A stretch of DNA of 64,000 bases, taken from Dicyema japonicum. Taxonomy: Eukaryota; Animalia; Dicyemida. Where the stretch lies: NCBI GenBank assembly GCA_011109175.1, contig RDEW01000011.1, forward strand, positions 490,193 through 554,192, given 5' to 3'. The translations under genes were made by a program, and so were the position numbers. Positions 37,700 through 49,129 of this stretch are shown piece by piece (within the stretch, counting starts at the first letter, position 1; each line of letters begins with the position of its first letter). A model generated the notes under the pieces. That model did not search any database, was not told the DNA's origin, and saw only the letters and a list, made by a program, of their open reading frames with translations.

Positions 37700-39150
37700 C
37701 GTATTTTAATCCAGATTGTTGGTAATCCCTCTTCTTCTCTTAGAAGAAGAATGTGCCATAACCTCTCTGTTACTCCGCATCTCCACATCAGATTCAGTCA
37801 AAATATCTCCGTTAGAGTCCAGTGGGCTGTCCTCACGGCATGCCAGTTCCACAAGTTGGGAGGTAGCAGAGGCGTACTCTTCATCGTATACCTTCATCCC
37901 ATGCTTATGTTCAATGAGCATACTTTCGAGCGTTCTCTTCAGCACAACCGATTGGATGTGAAGTCCTCGTTGATTCTTCAATAGATAATTTATCCATATG
38001 ATTCTTGAAGCATCTTGAGACAACTCCATCCCATGTCAAAACCACTGGAATAATCTTCACTTGGCATTCATAGAGCAGCGAAAGTTCATTTGCTAGCAAG
38101 TCATATTTGTGAAGTTTCTCAACTTCAACTTGCTTTAGTCGGTCTTGTGAGGTAATCCCCACTTCAATTAAAATTACTTCCTTCTTTGTTTTGTCATACA
38201 CAAAAATATCAGGTTTATTTTTTTATTTTTTTTAATCCCATAAACATTTATTTATAACAATAAAATCGTTCTAAAGTCCAGCGGATATGATCGAGTGGCT
38301 GTTACCTCTGACTACTGCCAGGGATATCCTTTGGAAAAGCCACTCGGTTTCCCGACGCTCCCTCGAGGCTTTGGTCAATAGACACCCAAGTGCTCTAAGG
38401 AAAGAGACCGTCTTGGGGCCAAAGACTCCGCTCGTCTCGACGACCACTGGCTGTACATGGAAACGGTTTAGGAGGCTGCTGTATTTCTTTATTTTTGAGT
38501 TTTCATATAAACGGGCGGCCTCTCCCGCTTTCATTGCCGACCTCAAAAGTTTCGACTGGGAAAAGCTGTCAGTACAGGCAGCATCCCAAATTAAGCATTT
38601 GCCCCGAGAGAAGGGGAAGACAGTAATTCCATCGGGTCGCTTCCCATCATCCCTACTCAAGCCCGTTGGCTCTAGAATGGATGGGTATCCCGCCAACTCG
38701 AGGGCGCGGTCAATGTCAGGTTTATTGTATTGGACTTTTGTTTCTGTCAAAATCGACGTGTCAACTCTAATTTCGACATTTTGATTCGTCAATATTGACT
38801 GAACCGAATGTCCTTTCAATTTCCTGCTTCTTTTGATTCCATAAATTCGACAAAGATGAAGATGGATCCACTTTACCACTTCATTATGTCTTCGGAGATA
38901 ATCACTGTTTAGCATTTTACCATACTGAGTGGCCAAATGATCGACAGTCTTTGCTTTTTTGCAATGGTTGCAAATGACCCGTGTGTTCAAAAACAGAATC
39001 CTATCTTGCAAAGACAGCACAATACTTCGCTCCATGGCCGTTATTTCCTTGGATAACCATTCTGAGGAAGTAGATAGGTCGACATTTGTTTCATCAATAC
39101 ATTTGAACATAATTGAGTNAATCATCATGATCAATTTCTGATTGGAGTCC
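37700..39150 (-). mobile_element. R2/NeSL-like REL retrotransposon 3' half, interrupted by a CRE-like insertion
   Basis: CNHCKKAKTVDHLATQ..YLRRHNEVVKWIH..QYNKPDI, resuming as FVYDKTKKEVILIEVGITSQDRLKQVEVEKLHKYDLLANEL. Confidence 0.9.
38220..38711 (-). mobile_element. 5'-truncated CRE-like element (REL endonuclease plus A-rich tail) with a 15-bp target-site duplication
   Basis: LEPTGLSRDDGKRPDGITVFPFSRGKCLIWDAAC..VETSGVFG..LFQRISLAVVRGN; flanks 38205-38219 and 38712-38726 differ at 1 of 15 positions. Confidence 0.9.
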
Positions 39151-39199
39151 AATGAGGATTGATATGCCGGGTGTGCTGTTTAATATTTAAAAGATTGTT

Positions 39200-39655
39200 T
39201 AATATTTAAAAATGTGATTTTTAATCAAAAATATTATATAAATCAAAAGTCAAATTTTTTTTTGATTGTTATTTTTTATTTATTTAATTTTTAGAGTTAT
39301 TGAATAAATACGATCAACTGTTGTGCCACATTCAAATCAGGAATGTAATTGAAAATGTTCAGACTGTTTCTAGAAAATATCCTGGTTAATTTTAGATCAA
39401 CTCACGATTTTTCTAACAACAGCTTTTTATTGATTTTTTTGTCTAATAAACATTGCAAACTGCATTCTATAATTTTCATTAGTAGTAAACTTTTTTATTT
39501 TATTATTTTATATTTTAAAAAGTTTAGATTAGTTTTTTTCATATTGAAAATTTTTTTCTATATAAATTTTTCATACAGTCAAAAAAGTCGAAATTTTGAA
39601 TCTTTCAAAATTTCGTATTTATGAATTCAAAAAAATCGCCCTAATTATGACAAAT
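39200..39655 (+). mobile_element. TAGGGC-type MITE/non-autonomous hAT-like element
   Basis: Shares AATGTGATTTTTAATCAAAAA..ATCAACTGTT.TGCC.CATT.AAATCAGG with 16310-16503 and ends AAAAAATCGCCCTA (reverse complement of TAGGGCGATTTTTT). Confidence 0.65.
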
Positions 39656-39699
39656 TCTAGAGCGACATTTGGGGTTTTGGTGCTGTCACGTGTGCAACC

Positions 39700-40500
39700 C
39701 TTTGATTACTCCAATATTAAAACAGTATCAGGGATAGTGCCAAATCTACTTTTTGGGATTTCATTTTGAAGTGACTCACTCCCCTGTTTGATATGTAATT
39801 CTCTTAATTCCCTTATCTTGTGTCAACAATTTAAGATCCTGTTTCCAGACATCTTTAGAAGGTTCTGTTCACTGCATGCGACCGTATGTAATTTAGATCG
39901 TCTGTACACTCGAGTTTCTTTACAATCATCTTTCTCTGATCGGGGGTCTGTTCCCATCGGAGAAATGTTCCATTGCTATTTTTTCAAGGGCATCAATATC
40001 CATGCAGAGTTCATGCCAAAAGAGACTCTACCTCGATTCAATGATTTCCGTGATCCATCTTTTGGAGCTCTGCCTCAATAGTCCCCCATGTTCCCAACTA
40101 TACATCAGCGCCGGTTTTATATATGCATTATATATTTCAAATTTGTTTTCAAGAACTATCTCCATGTTTTCCATTTTCTTATATATTGCTGCCGCTATGA
40201 AGGTTTTGTCTTGGTTAACGTTCCAAAACCAGTCTGGGAATTGTGGCCAATAACCGTTCCAATTCACAGCCATTTTCACAAAATCAATGTCGTTGGCATT
40301 AACTATTTCCATCGGCATATGTCCTCCGCATCTTTTCTTGAGAGATCTCAGATCTTCCTCAAGATATACAATAAAAGGACAAGTGATAGCCAGTACCCTG
40401 TGGTGTTTAAATGGTTGTCCTAAAAGGAGTAATGTCTTGTTCACAACATTATCTTGTATAGTTTTCATCAGGAAAACATCCAGTAATCTTCTGTCGACAA
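39700..40500 (-). mobile_element. Degenerate RTE-like RT fragment
   Basis: FIVYLEEDLRSL..IVNANDIDFV (compare FIIYLEAALKDL..FIYADDVDFV at 52323) and EIYNAYIKPALMY. Confidence 0.7.
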
Positions 40501-41747
40501 GTCAAAGGTACTAGAGATATCAAGTCACAGTTTTGTATCGTTGACACAGGGCACAATTCAATCTGAAAGACCAGACAATATCTGTAGTAGAACGTACCCT
40601 TTTGAAACCGCTATGTCTTGGAGATAAAAATTTCTCGACTCTAGGAGATATTCGGTTGAGGACAATCATAAATTTCTTATTGTTTTCAGTAATATCACCG
40701 GACTCGTTTGGTCATAAACCAGGAAAGTACAAAAAAACTAAAATCCCATCACTTCAAAAGAGAGTGCGTTTTTATCCAGCAGCCCTGATGACAAAGTTTA
40801 GGTTCAAAAATACCCTTAAACCCTGCTAGCCTTTTCCTTCCAAGTGTTTTAGAACATGCCTTTTTAGAAACCACGAAAGTAACATTCCAGATTATTTTCG
40901 GTATTTTTTCAAATCAGCAAGTTCCTTCTTAATCTCCAAATGATAGCTATCACGAGTTTCGTGACATAATCATAGTTCCTCCATTGCAAAATGATCTGCA
41001 TTTGATTTATTCCTTCTAACTCCATCTATTACACAAAGACCTTTTCATTTTAAATCGTGCAACAAAGAGCTTATTATTCTATTTCCTGAGTTTTATTTTT
41101 TTATATCATAAAACTAGTCAGTTCTTGAATTCTGTTGAGAGTTTTGTTATATTTGTTTTACTAAAATATTTTTCATGTGTGTTAAGAGTATTACACAGTC
41201 GGAAATGAAATGGACTACTTTGATCAGCGAGTTATGCTTGAGTTGTAAACTATGTTATAGATTTCCGTTTTTCAGGAAGGTGTGTCATAAGGTCTCAGGA
41301 AATTCGACATTACAAAAACATTTTAAAATCGAATTTTCACAAGATTGTGCAATCAATTACCTCAGCTGGATTATGTAATAAATTATTCAATTTTATTGAA
41401 AAAATGTTATGATTACAAATTGAAAAGAGAGAACCAAAGAATGCTCTCCACTTTTTTTCCTTTTTTTGTGTAAGTCCTTTATAGACGACCCGGTTCCTCA
41501 GTGAAAATTTTCACTATGTTACCCTCATGAAACTGTGAACGAAGTTTTTATAAAAAGAGATACCAAAAACCTTGTTCTTAAAATAGACGGTAGAAGCCTC
41601 CAATGGTCCCCAAAAGTTAATTAGGATCATCAGTTGCGTTCCTTTATTACTTAGCTATTTGGTCAGGAAAAATCCCAAAAACATACCACAACAGAATAAT
41701 TCGAATAAACATTCAAAATTACCGAAAAATTAATGAAAACAAAATTG

Positions 41748-42330
41748 TTAGATCTGCTTTTTACGTAATGTTGGCTGTATATGAGCTCTATATAAAGATC
41801 CGGGAACAGGCTTTGCTTTAAATCTTGGTGGATTCAAATTTGTGACATTATTCACCGCCTGATCCGTAGTGTCATTCACTGTCATATTTCTATTCGTAAT
41901 GATAGACTTAGTGCGTTTTAGCACAGGTTTGGGGGGTACATAAGATGGGCTTAGGATCTTTTTATTGAGAGGGTAAGCCTTGAATTTGTTTCTTAGTGTT
42001 TCTTTAATCAATACCTTAATTCCTCCGCTTCTACAGAACTCTTTACTTGGCATCGTCTTGTGCTAATAGCCGAAAACTGAAACTCCTTAACAACTGTAGG
42101 ATTAAGTGTTCGTGTTGGAACTAAGGTTTATATAAATAATACAGCGTTCTCTAGATGATAGTAGGGCGTTATTAGGCAACTAATTTTATTATTTTTGTTA
42201 CTTTTAATTCTTCCTGCTGAACTTCTATTAATTAAAATTACTTAATTACTTTTGCAATTTTTCTTTCTATTCTCTAATGAATCATTACTTGACATTGCTA
42301 CAAAAAACAAGCCACTATATATTATTTATG
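41748..42330 (-). CDS. TPX2: Short TPX2-like microtubule-associated protein
   Basis: After removing 22-23 nt introns: PTVVKEFQFS..KSSVEAEELRNKFKAYPLNKKIL..PPRFKAKPVP. This resembles TPX2 KSTAELEAEELEK..YKFKA and the repeated FKA(R/K)P motifs. The 5' end is uncertain. Confidence 0.65.
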
Positions 42331-42693
42331 TAATTTATTTATTTTATTTATTCAATAAAATCAAAATTAATTAAATAAAATTGGTTATTTTAATTTAATT
42401 ATCTGATTAAAAATTTCATGACTATTTTATCAATTATACATAACTATAAAAACCAAAAAGGATCTATTTCTTACCTATTCTACTGAAAAGGTTGCCGCAA
42501 TGGCGGATATAGATGAAAGTAATTCTGGACGGGATAAGTCTCATTCCTAATCATGAGAACTGGATAAACTACGTTTTTTAACTAAACTTTTTTCAGGTAT
42601 ATTAAATTTATTTAAGGACTAATAATCACTATTAAATTTAAAAAGACAATTAGGTAATCTCAGACACTCTCACTAACCACTCATTTTTGCTCT

Positions 42694-42840
42694 ATGTTCC
42701 TCACCGTTGGGGTCTCGAAGGGCGTAGGGTCTACCAAAGATGACGAAAACCATATTAAAGATGTCGTAGATATTCATCCTGATTTTCTTATTTTAAGTGA
42801 TTTTAAGGCTACACAATCAGAGATGTATTGGATGATACAA
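42694..42840 (+). mobile_element. APE endonuclease remnant of a LINE
   Basis: HPDFLILSDFKATQSEMY resembles the EEP motif LILGDFNAxHxxW. Confidence 0.45.
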
Positions 42841-43639
42841 ATATTTTTTTTAAAGTTTCGATTAATCAACTCAAAATGTTTTTTTAATTATAAAGAAACT
42901 GAAAAGTTTGCTTGCAATCGGCGTACAACTGTTTTCTCTGCAGTGAATGTCGAACAGTGATAACTCGTTTCTGATAATGGACTCTATTATTTCTTCCATT
43001 TTATAGAGATAAACCAACTTTCTATATTCGTACATATTTTCATTGACTTTTATATTATTACAACAAACAACTTTATATCTGGCCTCAATTATACTTTCTT
43101 TTTGTAATTGACTTTCGTCATTCTCAACAGACATTCCTTCATCACGTTTATTTAAATTTTACTTCATCTATTTTTCTTCTTGGACGACGGGTTAGCGGCT
43201 ATACACTGACCAATTGACTGTTGTATTCAGAAGCTATCCGTGAATTTCTCCGCAGTGTTTTAGTGAAGATATATTTTTGGTCTACGTATATTAGCTTAAT
43301 CACATCCTTAGATTTACTCGAGTTCCATCTAACCGTGTTCCTGTAAAATTTGTTCATTTTGGGAAAATATTTTCAAATCATCCATAAAAGGCAAATGATC
43401 GTGGCATAAGGTATCATTGATGTGGTTGACTCACAAATATAAACTTTTGGGTATTTTCCACTCAACCTGGTCAAAGATCTGATTATCTTTTCAAAATACC
43501 CCTTACTATTTCAATATCGTGTTTATTAAAATTTAATTAGAATGGCCATTTATTGCAAATATTCTGATATGGCTCTGCATAAAAAAATATGAATTCTATC
43601 GCATCCGCTAACCTCCTTATTATATTCCTCAGAAGTTAA

Positions 43640-43900
43640 CTGTCAGGTCAGATGCTGCAGCAACATTGCAACCTGGAAAACCATAAAATAATTTAAACGG
43701 TGATTTTCCCGTCGTGCTATGACTAGACACATTATACGTATAAACGGTATTTTCCAAAACATCGACCCGCATAGTTAATCTTGTTTTGAAGAGTGTTTTC
43801 GGTTACCGGCAGTCGAGCGTGTGGTTATAACGTTAAGCTTGACACTCTGATTTAGGATGTCTGAAACTTTATGAATGGAGATGACATTCCAATCCTCATA
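43640..43900 (-). mobile_element. Retroviral-type (rve) integrase remnant, Ginger/Gypsy-like
   Basis: Reverse-strand FRHPKSECQA*RYNH (decayed HPQSQGQVERFNQ) and VDVLENTVYTYNVSSHSTTGKSPFKLFYGFP. Not in the ORF track because of stops. Confidence 0.7.
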
Positions 43901-44329
43901 ATTGAATTACAGAATTCTTTTCTGTTATTACCAAACCCACGAAAAGATGCTCCAATTAAGTTTTTACATTTTTTATTAAAAAGCAGAAATTTCCAGGCAA
44001 ACTTGGAAAAATATTAAAAACCACTTGAAATCATTATATCAATACTTTTTTTCTTTTTTTAATATATTAAGCCAACTAAAGGCAGAAATTAACAGTTAGC
44101 AATTGCTGGCTGCTCTCATAATTGAGCCTATTTTTGACGAATTGTAAGAACCACCTCCTTTCTCTTCCACCATTTTTGAGCGATCCGATTCTGTTCAAGA
44201 GAGTCAGTAATCTTTATTATATATAGTATTAATACTAAATATAATAAAAATTTAATACAACAGACCTGACTAACCTAATTTACCACAGTAAGGGCATGCG
44301 ACAACAAACAACTATCCTTAGTTATCCAT

Positions 44330-45919
44330 TACTTTTAATGAAATACAAAACATCATTTATGATTTTTAGACTTCAGGACCGTCATCTAAATGTTCTTTTT
44401 GCATGTTCAAATGTATTTTTCGAAAAATCGATTTTCTTGGTGGTTTTCTAAATGAAACAAGTCGGCATTTTTTGCATTTAATGATAAAACTTTTAGCTAA
44501 TGTTGAGAATGAACCTGCATTTTTCTAATTTCTCAATATTGAAGGAAAGAAAAAAAGTTAAAAATCACGTTTTATTTTAATAAAACTAACGTTTTTTTGT
44601 TCATTTAAAGCATTTAAAAAATTCTTTGATCATTGTTGTCCAAAATTATTGATTTTGTTTTATCAAATTGGCCTCAAATTCTAAGGCACAAAAAATGGCC
44701 AATTTGCGAGGATCAAGTGTATATGTTTTATGTAGGAAAAATTCAGTTGTGGTCATTTTCTACGAGATCTGGAAAAGAATATTTTAAGGAACGAAATTGT
44801 TTCAAGGTTGAATAAATAGTTGGATCATTTTGCCAGCCATTTGGCGTCTCCTTAGCATGGTGGAACCAATGACGCCAACAGAGGGAAGAAGAGAAATTTT
44901 CGCCACGTGGACTTTACGTTATGCTGGAATTCAATAATAATTATTAAACAGTTATATAATTTTATAATTTTCAAATAATAAATACAATAAAGGCTCTCTG
45001 TAAACTACTTCTTGTTATGAGGAAGTCGCAATATCTTGAGCAAGAAGAAAAATGTAGAATACTTGTTAAATTTAAGATCAAAATCTGTTTGAGAAGTATT
45101 AAAAGCTGCAAAATCTGATGACCATCATTTAAAAAGAGAGGTATAACTCTGAACAATTCAACGTAGAAGATGACAAACGTAGGAGGTTTTATATTTTATA
45201 TTTTGCAGATATTCTGTTTCGATATACTAAAGGAAATTAAATCATCAAAATCAAACGTAGAAATTGTTAAAAAGAAGGTTCTATCCTTCATACAAGATTA
45301 CATGTCTTGTATATTTATAGTCAACGATATTCTACAGAGATTGCTTTTTGTATCATCAATATAAACTCTGAAGATGAACTAAAAGTTGTCGAGAATGTTC
45401 CCACCTTTCCACGAACATCTAAGATCTCAAGTAGGTCCCAAAAAATCTAAAGGTAAACCAAGAAAACGCAAGAAAGGTATATTGCTGTCTCAAAGGTACA
45501 TTCTAGTAAGGACCAGAAATCTGCGAAAAAAATCTGACAAAAAATCCGCGAGTTCTGGGGTGACTCCTTTCAGTCTGATGTACGATTTTCCTATATTTAA
45601 GTTCTTATGTGAAGATTTACCAAAAACTCTCGGCTATTTTCCTATCCAAACCACGAGCAAGCGCTTAAATGCTGCTGTCCTTCCCCCAAAAAGGAAAAGT
45701 AAGATTGAGGAGGTTTGTTTTTCTGTATTGGAATTGAAGCCAACGTTAAGTCCAAAGAATATAACAATTGGGACGGATAAAAATATTATGAGGATTGGTG
45801 AGGGCAGCAGACTGACCATGAATGAAAGTATTACCAACTCTGTGAGACCCCCAAGTGAAAATTCCATGTTGTGTCCGACTAACGAGAGCAGCAAATTCGA
45901 TATGACTAAGATTTTGTGA
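44330..45919 (+). CDS. Probable multi-exon host gene of unknown function
   Basis: Open stretches separated by 22-29 nt GT-AG segments (e.g. GTAGAATACTTGTTAAATTTAAG, GTTTTATATTTTATATTTTGCAG, GTAGGTCCCAAAAAATCTAAAG) lead to ORF 45386-45919. The full model was not resolved. Confidence 0.4.
44815..44925 (-). mobile_element. SINE-like family C copy (head plus core)
   Basis: Reverse complement CACGTGGCGAAAATTTCTCTTCTTCCCTCTGTTGGCGTCATTGGTTCCACCATGCTAAGGAGACGCC..GATCCAACTATT. Confidence 0.75.
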
Positions 45920-46299
45920 GAAAAGCCTACAGCTACTTTACTAAGGGACAGTAATGTATTAAGTTTATAAATTTGTTTATAGAGAGACTCATCTATACTT
46001 CTAAAAGGTTGATAATTAATCTAAAAATAAAACCTTTTAATTATTAATAAAATTGCGCACGCTACTTGTTGTGGTCGTTGTGGTGCTGTGAAAAGAAGAG
46101 AAAGAAGATAAAAGAAACGGAAAATCATAAAGAAGATGCAGAAAACTGCTAAAGTAAATGAGGACGTAATTAACCATGTTTCTAGAACATCTTTTCCCTG
46201 CCTAATCTGTGGCAAAACAAACGAGGGGAAATTCGGCATGTTTTCGTTGCCTTAATTTTGAACACTTTGGGTGCTATAAGCTAACAAGAAGGAAGGCAC

Positions 46300-46560
46300 A
46301 ATTTCTGCCAAACTGGTCATGCCCCATGCCTCGGGAATACCGGCAATGGAGAAAGCCCTCTCCTGGACCTATCTAACANCTTTTTCTATCGGAGTGAAAC
46401 AAGGAAATCTCTTTGGATCCTTGTTGTTCTGTCTTGCAATCGAGAGCATCACCAAACTTCCGCGCTTGCCCCTCAATCTGTGGAATCTTGATGACGCGGT
46501 TCTCTGAACATCCCCAGATACTGTCTCTCAGGATTTGGAGGTGATATTTCTATCCTTTTC
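46300..46560 (+). mobile_element. CRE-like reverse transcriptase fragment
   Basis: SIGVKQGNLFGSLLFCLAI..LNLWNLDDAVL (compare GVQQGDPLGPLLF..WYLDD). Confidence 0.8.
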
Positions 46561-47576
46561 GGTTGACTATCTTTTTTGAAGCCAGAAATCCTCTTGTCTG
46601 TGACAACACCTGCACCGACACATTCACCGCTTAGAACCTACATCAAAGTGCCTCTGGAGCCTGTTCTGTCGCCGAGAAGATCGAGAGGTCAAAAGGGGCA
46701 AATAACGTGGTCCTACGCAAAGATATTTTGTTTGTTTTGCTCGCAGTTAAAACCTCTGGTTCACTTACGCCAGCGACTTTGGAATTCTGAGTTGTCTAGT
46801 ATAGGGGTCGGCAAATACTTTTGGAGAAGATCGAATTTTTGACATTTTTGGAAATTACGAAAAATTGAAAAGGCACCTTATATTTTCCTGACTAATGAGG
46901 CATTTTGGTAGTTACTTTGAGTTAAAAGTGAATGCGAAAGGAGATATGAGATTACTAGAGAAAAAAATACAACTCATACTTTTAAAAAAGCCTTAATCGA
47001 TAAAATAAAATTATTTTCCCCAGATTCACTAACTTGTAGAAAACTGGCGACCTTCAAAAACGAGTCGTCAAGACAGGATCTCTCAGAGATCCATCTCTTT
47101 TACTTAGAGTCATTGTATACAGTGCCATAAATCATGAACAACTCCACATCTCAGGTGTGCAAGCTACCTTCTGACAAGCCTCGAAAAAGCAGTAATGAAG
47201 CGCTAATCTCAGAAGGTCTGCGCTCCAGTATCTTATTCCCTTTAGGGATCATATGGTACGCATAGATACAATTCATGTACACTCTTGGTCCAAGTTTAAT
47301 ATTTTGCCTGAGGTGGTTTTTCATGAGTGTTCTTTGGAGGGCAGTGAAGGTTATTCGATGTGTCTGCGGCTAGTGAATTCGAGTGATATTTCTCTAAGAT
47401 TTAGGCTCTTCGCACATGTTCTCCAAAAGAGAAGAGTGCATTATTCATTCTGTTTTGGACGTTCACTTTTGGGTGGTCTCTATTTTGGTAGTGCTGTGTT
47501 GTATGGAATGCAAATTCAGTCAGATGATCTCTTCGATGTAAGAGATGATAAGTGCTGACTCCTTAATTGTTAATGG

Positions 47577-47899
47577 ATCTGTAGTCCTCTGATTTATTTT
47601 TAGTTTCAAGAAATCCTTGAGAATTTTCTTAGACCTAATATTCACTAGTTGTCGGACGCTGGTCCTTCCTCCCATTGACTTCTCTGGAGTTGGATTCTAT
47701 GCTCTTTATGATTCGACATCTTGTACTCCTCGGACATGATCTGTAGTCCTCTGATTTATTTTTAGTTTCAAGAAATCCTTGAGAATTTTCTTAGACCTAA
47801 TATTCACTAGTTGTCGGACGCTGGACCTTCCTCCCATTGACTTCTCTGGAGTTGGATTCTATGCTCTTTATGATTCGACATCTTGTACTCTTCGGACAT
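47577..47899. repeat. Direct tandem duplication of about 162 bp
   Basis: ATCTGTAGTCCTCTGATTT..CTTGTACTC(C/T)TCGGACAT occurs twice with about 2 mismatches and no N at the junction. Confidence 0.9.
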
Positions 47900-48184
47900 C
47901 AAGAGGTTATACAACATGATTTATACGTACGTTTTGTTGTAGATTACTTTAATCGTTTTTTTCGTTTTAATACAAGTCATCTCTCTGAGAGATATCATTC
48001 TCAGTGAAGAAGCCATTATGGACGACGATATCGAGGAATGGGTTCATCGGTTATTGGACGGTCTGATTTACTTGGTTTTTTAATTTTTTTTACTTTTGGG
48101 GTTTTGTATTATTACTAGGGCAATTTTTGTCAATAAAGTCAAAAATTCATATGCTCTTTAAGATTTAATTTTTATTTTTTTTAA

Positions 48185-48602
48185 TTTATAACAATAAAAT
48201 CGTTCTAAAGTCCAGCGGATATGATCGAGTGGCTGTTACCTCTGACTACTGCCAGGGATATCCTTTGGAAAAGCCACTCGGTTTCCCGACGCTCCCTCGA
48301 GGCTTTGGTCAATAGACACCCAAGTGCTCTAAGGAAAGAGACCGTCTTGGGGCCAAAGACTCCGCTCGTCTCGACGANTATAACAATAAAATCGTTCTAA
48401 AGTCCAGCGGATATGATCGAGTGGCTGTTACCTCTGACTACTGCCAGGGATATCCTTTGGAAAAGCCACTCGGTTTCCCGACGCTCCCTCGAGGCTTTGG
48501 TCAATAGACACCCAAGTGCTCTAAGGAAAGAGACCGTCTTGGGGCCAAAGACTCCACTCGTCTCGACGACCACTGGCTGTATATGGAAACGGTTTAGGAG
48601 GC
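48185..48602 (-). mobile_element. CRE-like 3' fragment, near-identical to 38260-38470 and duplicated across a single N
   Basis: LLNRFHIQPVVVETSGVFGPKTVSFLRALG..RGNSHSIISAGL*. It lies directly beside a TAGGGC MITE end (about 48116-48160). Confidence 0.9.
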
Positions 48603-48744
48603 CTAAAATTACACCATTCAACTCAGAAAAATCTGAAATATCCAGAGAACTAATGTTTATTTTCATTGGTTCTTGTGGAGTTCTACGTATGGCGGAGTTC
48701 CACGTACGGACGATGAAAATATATAAAGAAAAAAATAATAAATA

Positions 48745-48850
48745 AAAAGGGATCTTCCTACCTTTCTCCCTGACCAAATCCTCTAATAAAAATAGCATAA
48801 TGAAAACTATCCGCTAAAGAATGAAGTGATGTCTGCGACAGTAGGACATA
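48745..48850 (+). mobile_element. SINE family A, internal fragment
   Basis: GATCTTCCTACCTTTCTCCCTGACCAAATCCTC..GTGATGTCTGCGACAGTAGGAC. Confidence 0.8.
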
Positions 48851-49112
48851 ATGTAGAAGAGAGGTTGAAAAGTAAAGACTTGCATAGTTAATTGTGGTTC
48901 GAATGAATTGTTTATATATGATGGATAGGGTCTCTTTGCTTTGGCCGAAGGAATTGCCTGACACAGCTTTTAGTATGTTGAACTTGCGATAGGCATTTGT
49001 GAATTGTTCCTCCACATGTTTCGAGAAAGTTAGTAGTTGTCGAAAATGACTCAAGTATTTTGGCATGTTTCGTATTTGTCTGTATGCCTTGTTTTTGCAG
49101 ATTCTTGTTCAC
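48850..49112 (-). mobile_element. APE-type LINE, post-RT fragment
   Basis: LTFSKHVEE..NAYRKFNILKAVSGNSFGQSKETLSIIYKQFIRTTINYAS. Confidence 0.8.
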
Positions 49113-49129
49113 TATTTTTTTAATCTTCT

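Noticed and set aside
40840-41150. Possible piggyBac-like remnant (DGVRRNKSN)
   Set aside because: A single weak motif in heavily decayed sequence, with no TTAA/TIR support.
48116-48200. CRE fragments apparently targeting the TAGGGC MITE (also about 16500 and next to 39200)
   Set aside because: The positions within the MITE differ and the 16.5-kb piece is an internal fragment rather than an insertion end. This is explained by high repeat density.
48185-48602. Tandem duplication of the CRE 3' end
   Set aside because: The copies are joined by a single N, typical of an unmerged contig overlap.
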